Below, one piece after another: positions 28,135-36,559 of a stretch of DNA of 64,000 nucleotides (position 1 is its first letter; the number at the start of each line of letters is the position of its first letter). This DNA comes from Candidatus Obscuribacterales bacterium (GTDB lineage: Bacteria > Cyanobacteriota > Vampirovibrionia > Obscuribacterales > Obscuribacteraceae). Below the pieces are notes generated by a model, which was not told where the DNA came from, did no database searches, and saw nothing but the letters and a program-made list of their open reading frames with translations. The stretch lies in the NCBI GenBank assembly GCA_038231015.1, contig JBBRMD010000014.1, positions 31,776 to 95,775 on the forward strand, in the 5' to 3' direction. The translations under genes were made by a program, and so were the position numbers.

Positions 28135-28163
28135 GTAAAACAGAATTAGACCCGAGAGCTACT

Positions 28164-28868
28164 CTAAGTGCGCGAATATATTTCTAGGTACTCTTTATGA
28201 TTGGCGTCCCAGCTGCCTGTTAGGCCGTTGTGAATGAGATTCCATTCTTTGGAAATTTTTTGATAAAAGGCTTTGCTAGCGCAACAGGTTTTCTCGCCAA
28301 TTACGATAATTTTCTTACCCTTATACTCAGTCAGGGCCTTAAAGGCCATAGTGTTTTGTGGTGGCCAGCACATCAGCAAAGTATAGTCTGTATAGTCGAC
28401 CACTGAACTGCTGTCGCCTTTCTTTATATGCGTCCAGCTCTTGCCGTTAGTTGTTGGCAGTCCAACTATGTTGGTATTGAAAAACCAGTTTTTACCTTCT
28501 TCTACCGGAAAAGCATCAAGTGCTATGGTCTCCACACCAAGTTGTTGCAACAACCAGGCGTTGTAACCATTGCCAGCACCTAATTCTACTAACGGACCGT
28601 GTTCAGCCAATAAGTCGAGTATATGCTTCGACAGTACCGAATAAGAGTACTTCTCGCGTAGTGATTCAAAAAATATCTCTTCTACGGCCTTGGTGTTGTA
28701 GAAAGGCAATAAAGAAAGCATTTTGATCGATGCTTTTTTTAGTTGATCTAAGTCGGCTAGGTTAGCCAGTTCTACGATTTGCTTCGACGATTCTTTGATG
28801 TTAGCCGAGCGCAACTCAACCAATTTGGAATAGAAATCCCAATAAGGATGCTGCAATTCTTCTGGCAT
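28164..28868 (-). CDS. class I SAM-dependent methyltransferase (putative)
   Basis: Motif I-like VELGAGNGYNAWLLQQLGVETIALD. The start abuts the stop of the upstream gene (28868/28869). Confidence 0.6.
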   Translation of the reverse strand: MPEELQHPYWDFYSKLVELRSANIKESSKQIVELANLADLDQLKKASIKMLSLLPFYNTKAVEEIFFESLREKYSYSVLSKHILDLLAEHGPLVELGAGNGYNAWLLQQLGVETIALDAFPVEEGKNWFFNTNIVGLPTTNGKSWTHIKKGDSSSVVDYTDYTLLMCWPPQNTMAFKALTEYKGKKIIVIGEKTCCASKAFYQKISKEWNLIHNGLTGSWDANHKEYLEIYSRT

Positions 28869-29693
28869 TTACTTGCTCTTTCCTTTGACTGTGCCTGAAA
28901 CTTTCGAGAGGCCAAGGCTTGGTGTGAGCAATTTGCCGCTGCCCAACAAGGCTCTGTGCTGCGTGTTTAACAGAGACAATTCGGTTTTTAAAGATTCGAA
29001 CTCACCAGCTAGATTACGCTCAGCTTCTACGACTTTGCTGCGTTTTAGAAGCTCGCCATCAGCATTAGCATTTTCACGATTGGCATTGGCCAGGCGACCC
29101 TCAGCGTTAGAGAGATCGAGTTCAGCTCTTGCAAGCCGTTCTTGATCGGCCTGCATCTGATGCGACAGTTTGGCATTTTCTGCTTGAGAAATCATCATGC
29201 CTGGGCAAAGGTGTGGTGGCGGTATTGGTGGCAGATGATATTGATCGACGTGCATGGTGTACTTTTTTGCATGCTCTTTATACTGCTTCTCGGCTTCTTT
29301 GCAGTGGCCTATATCGCGCTCGACTTGATCGAGATGGGCTTTGTAGCTATTTACATGATCTCTAAAAGCATTAAGATCGCTTTTGTACTGATCGAAATTG
29401 GCCGCTGACATTTTCGTTAACTTATTGGCACCGCTGGTGAGGCCGCGGGCATTGCGAATGGCATCGCGCATATTTGTAGTAGATTGGGAGGCATTCAATC
29501 TAAAATCTTTGCCCTCGGCAATCAGTTCACGGGCTGACTCTACTCTTCCTGGCTGTGTGCAAAGCTCGTTGGCAATGGTTTTAGTCTGCGTCCTTGGTCT
29601 AGCCTGGCTATCGAGGGTAGAGAGGCTGGCTGCAGATGAGATTACCAGAGCGGCTAAGGCCACACGACTCAGTCTGTTTGATTTGCTTTCCAT
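28869..29693 (-). CDS. exported coiled-coil hypothetical protein
   Basis: Signal peptide (RVALAALVISSAASLSTL) and a long helical region rich in A/E/N/L. No domain recognised. Confidence 0.5.
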   Translation of the reverse strand: MESKSNRLSRVALAALVISSAASLSTLDSQARPRTQTKTIANELCTQPGRVESARELIAEGKDFRLNASQSTTNMRDAIRNARGLTSGANKLTKMSAANFDQYKSDLNAFRDHVNSYKAHLDQVERDIGHCKEAEKQYKEHAKKYTMHVDQYHLPPIPPPHLCPGMMISQAENAKLSHQMQADQERLARAELDLSNAEGRLANANRENANADGELLKRSKVVEAERNLAGEFESLKTELSLLNTQHRALLGSGKLLTPSLGLSKVSGTVKGKSK

Positions 29694-29709
29694 CTATTTT
29701 TCCTGGATG

Positions 29710-30951
29710 TTACCGCAGTTTGTGCGCCTTAGCGGCCAACTCGACTGGAGCATCATCGGCGGCGGGGTCATCGTTGAAGCTTGGCGTATCGCTGCCATAA
29801 TAGCGCACATAGAGGTTTGTACCCAGGGCACGCAACTTGGCGCTACCCGGTCTAGCTGGTTGCATCATTTGGGCTTTAAGATCTGCTGCACTTTGGGCAA
29901 CAAATGCAGCTTTGCGGGCGGCTTCTGCGCGAATTTTGGTAGCCTGGACAGCGGCATCATTGCGCACATAGTTGTTTCTTATGTTCGCTAAGTTTGACTG
30001 TTCGCGGTCGTCATATCCTTGATATCCGCGTCTGCTCAAAAGCGAGACGCTAGTGTTGTTATCTTGAGCTATGCGTCGCAGCTGAATGTTTGCAAGGTCA
30101 GTGCGCCATCGCGACCATCTCTGCCCTTCGGCGGCATGAAAGTTAGATAGATCGTTTGACTGTCTGTTTATCAGCTTAATGGTACGCGCCACAATCAACG
30201 GCGAATCGAGCGGTTGTGTGCGTATGTAAGCGTCACGCTTAGCCAGCCCCATTAGCTTGGCTTTTCCGTAGCGGCCATATTGACCGAAAGGATCTACTTC
30301 AAAACCAGCTCTGTATGCTTCTTTTGCGCCTTCGTAGTCTTTTAAGTTAACGAGAATGTCGCCAAGATAGGCATAGGCTGGGGAATAACGCGGATTGATG
30401 CTGATAACTTTCAGGTAGGCATCGGCAGCAGCATGGTAACGCTTGCGCTTCAGTTCTAATGCCGCAATTGCATAGGCTTTGTTGAAAGTTAGTTTGACTT
30501 CTTTAACCGGCTTACTTTTCTCAGCCTTCATAGCTTTTAGGGCAGATTCTTCGGCGGCAATTGCTTTGGCTTGGTCGTCAGCTTTTTTCTTGGCTAAAGC
30601 GGCCACTACTTGCTCAATGTTGTTGACACGAGCGCTGTTGTCTTTAGCATCAGTTGCTTGGCCGAAAACTAATAGTTCCATGCGACGCAGCCGTCGCTCT
30701 TCGTTTTCGCTAGTAAAGCTATGACCAAAGTAGTGCACTTCGAGCACATTGAGCCTGTCACTGAGACTAGTGCCAGCGCTCGCTGATTCAGAATCTGGTA
30801 AATGTTCAGTTTTCGGAGCGGATGGGCTTTGGGAATTAGCGTTTGGTAGATTTCCTAGTGCGATTTTCTCTGCCTGAGCTGCTGCTCCACTGAGAATTGT
30901 CAGTGAAAGCGCCGCTACTAGAACTGAGCAAAGTCGTCTGTAAGTGTTCAT
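29710..30951 (-). CDS. exported TPR-containing hypothetical protein
   Basis: Start chosen at ATG 30951 (MNTYRRLCSVLVAALSLTILSGAAAQA is a signal peptide). The maximal ORF reaches 31038 but would overlap the upstream gene. TPR unit: AADAYLKVISINPRYSPAYAYLGDILVNLKDYEGAKEAYRAGFEVDP. Confidence 0.6.
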   Translation of the reverse strand: MNTYRRLCSVLVAALSLTILSGAAAQAEKIALGNLPNANSQSPSAPKTEHLPDSESASAGTSLSDRLNVLEVHYFGHSFTSENEERRLRRMELLVFGQATDAKDNSARVNNIEQVVAALAKKKADDQAKAIAAEESALKAMKAEKSKPVKEVKLTFNKAYAIAALELKRKRYHAAADAYLKVISINPRYSPAYAYLGDILVNLKDYEGAKEAYRAGFEVDPFGQYGRYGKAKLMGLAKRDAYIRTQPLDSPLIVARTIKLINRQSNDLSNFHAAEGQRWSRWRTDLANIQLRRIAQDNNTSVSLLSRRGYQGYDDREQSNLANIRNNYVRNDAAVQATKIRAEAARKAAFVAQSAADLKAQMMQPARPGSAKLRALGTNLYVRYYGSDTPSFNDDPAADDAPVELAAKAHKLR

Positions 30952-31013
30952 GGGGCTACTAAAGGGGGATGCCCTATTATACACGCAAACCGCCGTTGTC
31001 AAGCGCAACTGTG

Positions 31014-31997
31014 CTACAGCTTGTGCTCTTTCAGCCATTGCGCCAGGAGAGTTACGCGCTCGTTCTCAGGGTCTAAGTTGTGGGCAACCTTGTAGCTTTT
31101 AAGAGCAGCTTGATTGTTACCTTGCTGAATCTGGAAACTGGCCAGGTTGCACCAACTAGCAACATCTTTAGGATTTTTCTCTAACAATATGCGAGTGGTC
31201 GACTCGGCATTGCTGGTCAGGCCCTGTTCGGCCTGGATAGTAGAAAGGTTTTGATAAGGCCACTCGAAGGCCGGATAGTCTTTAATACATTCTTCCAGAA
31301 GGGCCTGAGCCTCGGCGCTATGGCCCAAATGGCAGAGATTCCAAGCCTTGTTGTTCAGTTGCAGGGCGCGTGGTGGTGGATCGCTTATCGGTAATTCAGT
31401 AGCAATTGTGCGCTTTGCCTTTTTGGCCAGGGCGCTATTTGGCTTTTCTTCGACTATCTTTTGCAAAGCCTGTCTGGCGGCATCAGGCCAACCCATGTCT
31501 AACATTTGAGTACCCAAAATCCAGTATTGGTCAGCGTTGAGGCCTTCAGGCACGAATTTCTCTGGGCATTCTGTGCGCTTGAGCAATAGACTCAAAGTTC
31601 TCTCGTCTCTTCTGACTTTCAGTTCGGAGGTATCGCCAGCTCGCCCTTGCAGCAGAAAGAGGATATCAGCGCTGTCAAGGTTGCTCACATCGATGTTGTC
31701 TATCGACTTAATTACGTCTTGATCGGCCAGCCCGGCAGCGCCCGCTGGAGAGTACCTGCGCACTCTTAGCACAACGTTGCGACTAAGCTCGGCACCGAAG
31801 TAACCGACAGATTTCGTCTCTGTTTGATTTCTGGCTGGTGTCGATTGATTGTCGGTAATTGGGGTCGAATTAATGTTGGCGGGGCTGCATTGAGCGAATG
31901 GTGCAGTAAAAAGGTTCACAGTCAGGGCAATTGCCAGCGGGAGTGCCAGTGATAAGGCCATAGATTGGCCTCTAGATATGCACTTAGACTTTCTCAT
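31014..31997 (-). CDS. exported PDZ-domain + TPR-repeat protein
   Basis: PDZ-like VLRVRRYSPAGAAGLADQDVIKSIDNIDV...ELKVRRDERTLSLLLKR, then TPR units. Start chosen at ATG 31997 (MRKSK... plus a signal peptide, with AAGGG upstream). The maximal ORF reaches 32057. Confidence 0.6.
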   Translation of the reverse strand: MRKSKCISRGQSMALSLALPLAIALTVNLFTAPFAQCSPANINSTPITDNQSTPARNQTETKSVGYFGAELSRNVVLRVRRYSPAGAAGLADQDVIKSIDNIDVSNLDSADILFLLQGRAGDTSELKVRRDERTLSLLLKRTECPEKFVPEGLNADQYWILGTQMLDMGWPDAARQALQKIVEEKPNSALAKKAKRTIATELPISDPPPRALQLNNKAWNLCHLGHSAEAQALLEECIKDYPAFEWPYQNLSTIQAEQGLTSNAESTTRILLEKNPKDVASWCNLASFQIQQGNNQAALKSYKVAHNLDPENERVTLLAQWLKEHKL

Positions 31998-32215
31998 AGA
32001 CTCGCCCTTAAGTTCATGAGTGCTCAAGTAACTGCCCAATTTTCTAGCCATTGCCATCGCCCCTTAATTTCCCGTTTGGGATGCCTTTCACGAGCAGTTT
32101 AGTCATCAAATGGGAGTATTTCGTGAAGATCTCAAATGCGACAAATAGAGGCAAGTGCTTGCAATCCGAGTTGGCAGGCTTGATAATTTTTCTACTTACC
32201 AATGAGAGTTACCTT

Positions 32216-34054
32216 TTGCTTCACCAAAATAGATATCAGAGGAATCGTTTCCTTTATCTACCATTCTTCACTTTTTTACTTAGCACCTCGATATCAATAA
32301 TTTCTTTCCTGCCTAGCGAGGCTCTTACTAAAGCCGAAGAGAATCAGTCAAGCAAAACCAGTGGCAAGCACTCCGGTGGCAAGTCGCATGCGAAAAATAT
32401 TGCTAAGGTCGCTCATAATGCAGTTCTTGATGCTATGCGTACCGAGCTTGATCGCTCCTTCACTAATTTGAAAAGCGTTGGTGAGGCACCACTTTATTTT
32501 CTTTCTTATTCGCTTTATGATGTTGAGTCATTGAGTGTGCAAGCTGATTATGGCGCACTCTATTCGCACCAAGATAATGATCACTCACGCAGTCTCGATA
32601 TCGACTTGAGAGTTGGCAGCCCCAAGGTCGACAACACCCATAAGCTCAGAGATAGCGAGTTGGGTTTTGATTCAGTAGATTTTGCTAGCGCAGGCCCGGG
32701 TTTTCCTTTCGGAGATGATGCTGCCGCTATTCGCAGTGCCCTCTGGTCGCGCACCGACGCGGCGTTCAAGAAAGCGCAAAAGAAATACCGAAAAGTTGTC
32801 ACCAATAAGGGTGTAAAAGTTGAAGAAGATGATACTTCTGATGACTTTTCTCTATCAACCCCTCATTCTGAAAGTTTGCCTTCCGTAGTTTTTTCACCCG
32901 ATCGTAGTGCCTGGGAAGCTCGCGTCAGGCGCCTATCGGCTATTTACAAACTCTATCCTTCAGTGCAAGATTCTAATATTTCTTTTTCTGCTTCTAAGAC
33001 CAAACACTATTTGGTAAATAGCGAAGGTACAAATATTTTCGACGAACGTATTCAATATCGTATATCGTCAACAGTTAGTGCCACAGCTAGTGATGGTATG
33101 AAATTGTGGCTCTTTGATGGAGTTGAAGCAAGCAATCCTGGAGAAATTCCAGATGACGAAGCTTTAGAAAAAATGGTTCGCAAGTTGGCCGAAGATTTGA
33201 CCAAGTTAGAAACGGCTCAGAGAGCAGAACCGTTTGCTGGACCTGCAATTCTTAGAGCAAAAGCGGCAGGCGTATTTTTCCACGAAATCTTTGGCCATCG
33301 CATTGAAGGTCATAGACAGAAAGACGAATCAGAAGGACGCACTTTTACTAAAAAAGTTGGCCAGCTAGTGATGCCATCATTTATCTCTGTATCAGATGAT
33401 CCAACCAGGCAGCGCTTTGGCACCAAGCCGCTGAATGGCTTCTACAAATACGATGATGAAGGTGTACCAGCTGAAAAGGTTGTTTTAGTTGATCAGGGTA
33501 TTCTCAAAAACTTTTTGATGGCGCGGTCGCCAATCAAAGGTTTTGCTCGCTCTAACGGTCATGGTCGCTCTTCTCGTGGCCATTCGGTGGTGGCTCGTCA
33601 GGGTAATCTAATTGTCGATTCGTCTAAGCGCGTGCCTTTGGCCGAGCTGAAGCAGATGTTGGTAGCTGAAGCGAAGAAGCAAGGAAAACCTTATGGTTTA
33701 CTTTTCGATGAGATTGCTGGTGGCTTTACTATGACGCAAACATTTATGCCGCAGTCTTTTAAATTATTGCCGCTGCGAGTTTGGAAGGTCTTTACTGACG
33801 GTCGTCCTGATGAGCTTCTGCGAGGTGTAGATCTTGTCGGAACACCGCTTTCATCGCTAGAGCGCATTCTTTGCGCTGCCGATGATGATGATACTTTCAA
33901 TGGAACTTGCGGCGCTGAATCTGGCTGGGTGCCAGTATCGGCTACCTCGCCTAGTTTGCTGGTAGGCAATATAGAAGTTGAACTTCAAACAAAAGCTCAG
34001 GAGAAGCCGCCCTTGTTGCCCGCCCCCCTCTTTGATAAGGAGGAGGTCAAATAA
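32216..34054 (+). CDS. tldD: exported TldD-family metallopeptidase
   Basis: HExxxH present (FFHEIFGHRIEGH) and the TldD/PmbA C-terminal core (GxC...PSLLV). Start chosen at in-frame TTG 32216, which gives a basic n-region plus a hydrophobic signal. The maximal ORF from 32051 would overlap the divergent gene. Confidence 0.75.
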   Translation: MLHQNRYQRNRFLYLPFFTFLLSTSISIISFLPSEALTKAEENQSSKTSGKHSGGKSHAKNIAKVAHNAVLDAMRTELDRSFTNLKSVGEAPLYFLSYSLYDVESLSVQADYGALYSHQDNDHSRSLDIDLRVGSPKVDNTHKLRDSELGFDSVDFASAGPGFPFGDDAAAIRSALWSRTDAAFKKAQKKYRKVVTNKGVKVEEDDTSDDFSLSTPHSESLPSVVFSPDRSAWEARVRRLSAIYKLYPSVQDSNISFSASKTKHYLVNSEGTNIFDERIQYRISSTVSATASDGMKLWLFDGVEASNPGEIPDDEALEKMVRKLAEDLTKLETAQRAEPFAGPAILRAKAAGVFFHEIFGHRIEGHRQKDESEGRTFTKKVGQLVMPSFISVSDDPTRQRFGTKPLNGFYKYDDEGVPAEKVVLVDQGILKNFLMARSPIKGFARSNGHGRSSRGHSVVARQGNLIVDSSKRVPLAELKQMLVAEAKKQGKPYGLLFDEIAGGFTMTQTFMPQSFKLLPLRVWKVFTDGRPDELLRGVDLVGTPLSSLERILCAADDDDTFNGTCGAESGWVPVSATSPSLLVGNIEVELQTKAQEKPPLLPAPLFDKEEVK

Positions 34055-35844
34055 TGAAATTCAAAAAACAGACTCAATCATTACTACTGGCCGCAGCCCT
34101 CGGTACCAGCATTATTTGCCCGCCTGACGCTAGTGCCGCTCCCGCTTGTAATGAAGCTGATGACATTATTGGTCGGGCCTTAAAAGACGAAATGAAGCGC
34201 AGCATCAGTCGCCTTCATCTTGATCAATACAAAGGCCCGTATTTTGGCTCTTACACTATTGAACAATTCGACACCCACCATGTCTCCGCTTCTTTCGGTG
34301 CTCTTACCTCTGAGTACTTGTCGCTCACGAGATTGTTGACAGTGCAAATGCGTCAGGGTGATTACGCTCTTGATAGTTCTGGCTCAGGCTTTGGTGGTGA
34401 GCTATCTGCGCTGCTTAGTAATTTTCACTTAGGTAGCTCTTTAACTTGCGACGATAACTACGATGCCATTCGCCATGAAGCTTGGCTCAGGACAGATGAG
34501 GCTTATAAAAAAGCGATTGAAGAATTGGCTGCTAAAAAAGCTTATTTGCTTGAGAATAATGTCAAAGATTTGCCTGAGTCGATGACTAAGGAAGAGCCGG
34601 TAGTTCTTGTTGGTGAGATCGCGAGAATAACTCCTGAAGCGACGAAAGTGAGCGCTCTAGTTGTTCACTTGTCGGCAATCTTTCGTAAGTATCCGCAAAT
34701 TCAAAAGTCGTTTGTCAAACTCGACAACGATGCTACAACCCGTTGGTATTTAAATAGTGAGGGTTTCTATCATCGGCTGCCCAACAGTAGATGTCGTGTC
34801 ATTTTTGCTGCTAGCGCCCAAAGTGCTGATGGTTCAGTAATTGCTGATGCAGATTCAATTAATGCTTGGAACAGTAATGAACTGCTTGCGCTGCAAGAGC
34901 TTGAGGCGAAGGTAAATAAACTGGCTGAGCGTGTCACTAACCTTGTTAGTGCTCCGGAGATTGAGGAGTATCACGGACCAATCTTATTTGAAGGCCAAGC
35001 GGCTTCAAGTTTCTTCGCTGATGTTCTGCAGCCGCATTTAGGATATAAGGCCCCAAGTCTGAGTAAATTTAGCGCACTAGAGGGGGCCAGTGCCAATCCT
35101 CTTGCTGAGAAAGTTGGTTCGCGCGTGCTGCCCTCATTTATCTCAGTAATCGATGACCCACTCACGAAAGAGTTTGGCAACATCAAGATTACTAGCAGTT
35201 ACCTACTCGACGACGAAGGTGTCAAAGCCGAGAAGATTACTCTGATTGATAAGGGCATTTTGAAAACCTTTGCCATGAGCCGCACACCGTCCAAGACAAT
35301 CAAGCACAGTAATGGCCACGGCTTTGCTGGCAGTGGAATCGCCCAGAACCTCTATATTGTCTCGGACAAAAAGCTATCAGCCGCGCAGTTGAAAGAGCGT
35401 TTGATTGTTCTTGGTAAAGAAGAAGGCCTGAAAGATGTTCTCATTGTTCGTCGCTTAGTCAATTCTGTAAGTGGTGCTCTTTCTCCGCAGTCGATTTTGT
35501 CGAGCATGCTTGGGATGTTTGGTAAAACAGCTGAAGTTAAGCTCTCGGCCCCAGTAGAATTGGTAAAGGTATCTGTTGCCGATGGACACGAAGAAATCGT
35601 GCGTGGTGGTCAATTTGGCAACCTAACTATGCGCATTTTACGCGATATTGAAGCCACTGGTGATGACATGCAAGCTTATCCAGCTAGTTCTGGGCGCAAT
35701 AGTTCAATTAGTTCTCTTGGCACTGGTGATGATTGCACCATCGTTACACCATCAGTGTTAGTCAAAGAAATTGAATTGCAGAAGCCATCTAAACAGACAG
35801 AACTGCTGCCAATCTTGAAGAACCCATACTTCGAACAGAAGTAA
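34054..35844 (+). CDS. exported TldD/PmbA-family protein lacking the HExxxH motif (TldE/PmbA-like partner)
   Basis: Same fold blocks as the upstream gene (SFISVIDDP..., LLDDEGVKAEK..LIDKGILK.F, SNGHG, PSVLVKEIELQ), but the zinc-site position reads FFADVLQPHLGYK. Signal peptide present. The start overlaps the upstream stop (TAATG). Confidence 0.75.
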   Translation: MKFKKQTQSLLLAAALGTSIICPPDASAAPACNEADDIIGRALKDEMKRSISRLHLDQYKGPYFGSYTIEQFDTHHVSASFGALTSEYLSLTRLLTVQMRQGDYALDSSGSGFGGELSALLSNFHLGSSLTCDDNYDAIRHEAWLRTDEAYKKAIEELAAKKAYLLENNVKDLPESMTKEEPVVLVGEIARITPEATKVSALVVHLSAIFRKYPQIQKSFVKLDNDATTRWYLNSEGFYHRLPNSRCRVIFAASAQSADGSVIADADSINAWNSNELLALQELEAKVNKLAERVTNLVSAPEIEEYHGPILFEGQAASSFFADVLQPHLGYKAPSLSKFSALEGASANPLAEKVGSRVLPSFISVIDDPLTKEFGNIKITSSYLLDDEGVKAEKITLIDKGILKTFAMSRTPSKTIKHSNGHGFAGSGIAQNLYIVSDKKLSAAQLKERLIVLGKEEGLKDVLIVRRLVNSVSGALSPQSILSSMLGMFGKTAEVKLSAPVELVKVSVADGHEEIVRGGQFGNLTMRILRDIEATGDDMQAYPASSGRNSSISSLGTGDDCTIVTPSVLVKEIELQKPSKQTELLPILKNPYFEQK

Positions 35845-35898
35845 GTACTGGCCGTCTTATCGCAAGCTTGCCTTGATTTCGACAAGGGCCAACCAAGT

Positions 35899-36453
35899 CT
35901 ATGCCGTCTTATTCTTGCTGCTCAAATCAACGGTCATGCTGATTACTGAAGCTGTGCGTTTAAGTCGATTGACTGGATATTTTGAATGGCGGAGGAAATT
36001 GAGCATTTTGCTATTGTCAGGCATGATGTAGCAAACAAACTCTGAAACACCTTTGGTTACTGCGATTTGGGCAAGGTGGTCTAGCAGTATATTACCAATG
36101 CCGTGGCGCTGATAGTCTTCACCCACAAGCAGAGCGAGTTCAGCAGTCGCTTTGCCGTCGTCATCGCTTTGGGTTATATAGCGGCCAACCGCAATCGCTG
36201 TATCGCTACCGTCGCAAAGGCTGACGATAAGCCCGATGTGGCTATCAAAGTCAATTTCAGTAAAGTACTTAAGCTCAGTGTCCGTAAGCAGTTTCTTCGC
36301 GCAGAAGAAGCGATAATATCGCGATTCAGCGCTTACATCGTTCATTATTTGCTGTAACAGAGCTTTGTCGCTGGCGCGTATTGCTCTAACAATTACTGCT
36401 GTGCCGTCTTTCAGCCGGTCTTTGGCGGCATACTCATGGTTGCCTTCGAACAT
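35899..36453 (-). CDS. GNAT-family N-acetyltransferase
   Basis: Motif A context ELALLVGEDYQRHGIGNILLDHLAQIA. Confidence 0.75.
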   Translation of the reverse strand: MFEGNHEYAAKDRLKDGTAVIVRAIRASDKALLQQIMNDVSAESRYYRFFCAKKLLTDTELKYFTEIDFDSHIGLIVSLCDGSDTAIAVGRYITQSDDDGKATAELALLVGEDYQRHGIGNILLDHLAQIAVTKGVSEFVCYIMPDNSKMLNFLRHSKYPVNRLKRTASVISMTVDLSSKNKTA

Positions 36454-36559
36454 TGGGATACCTTGAACTTCATAACCTGTACGAAAGACGTTGTAGCACT
36501 TTTGAGGTTAAGGTAGTACTAACGGTGCACTAAAGCTTCACTATCGTAATTAAACTGGC

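Noticed and set aside
5824-28142. The short tandem repeats at 5824, 23301 and 28095, considered as CRISPR-like or minisatellite arrays.
   Set aside because: They have only 2-3 directly abutting units with no spacers and no cas genes. They are not CRISPR. I report them instead as stop-spanning duplications.
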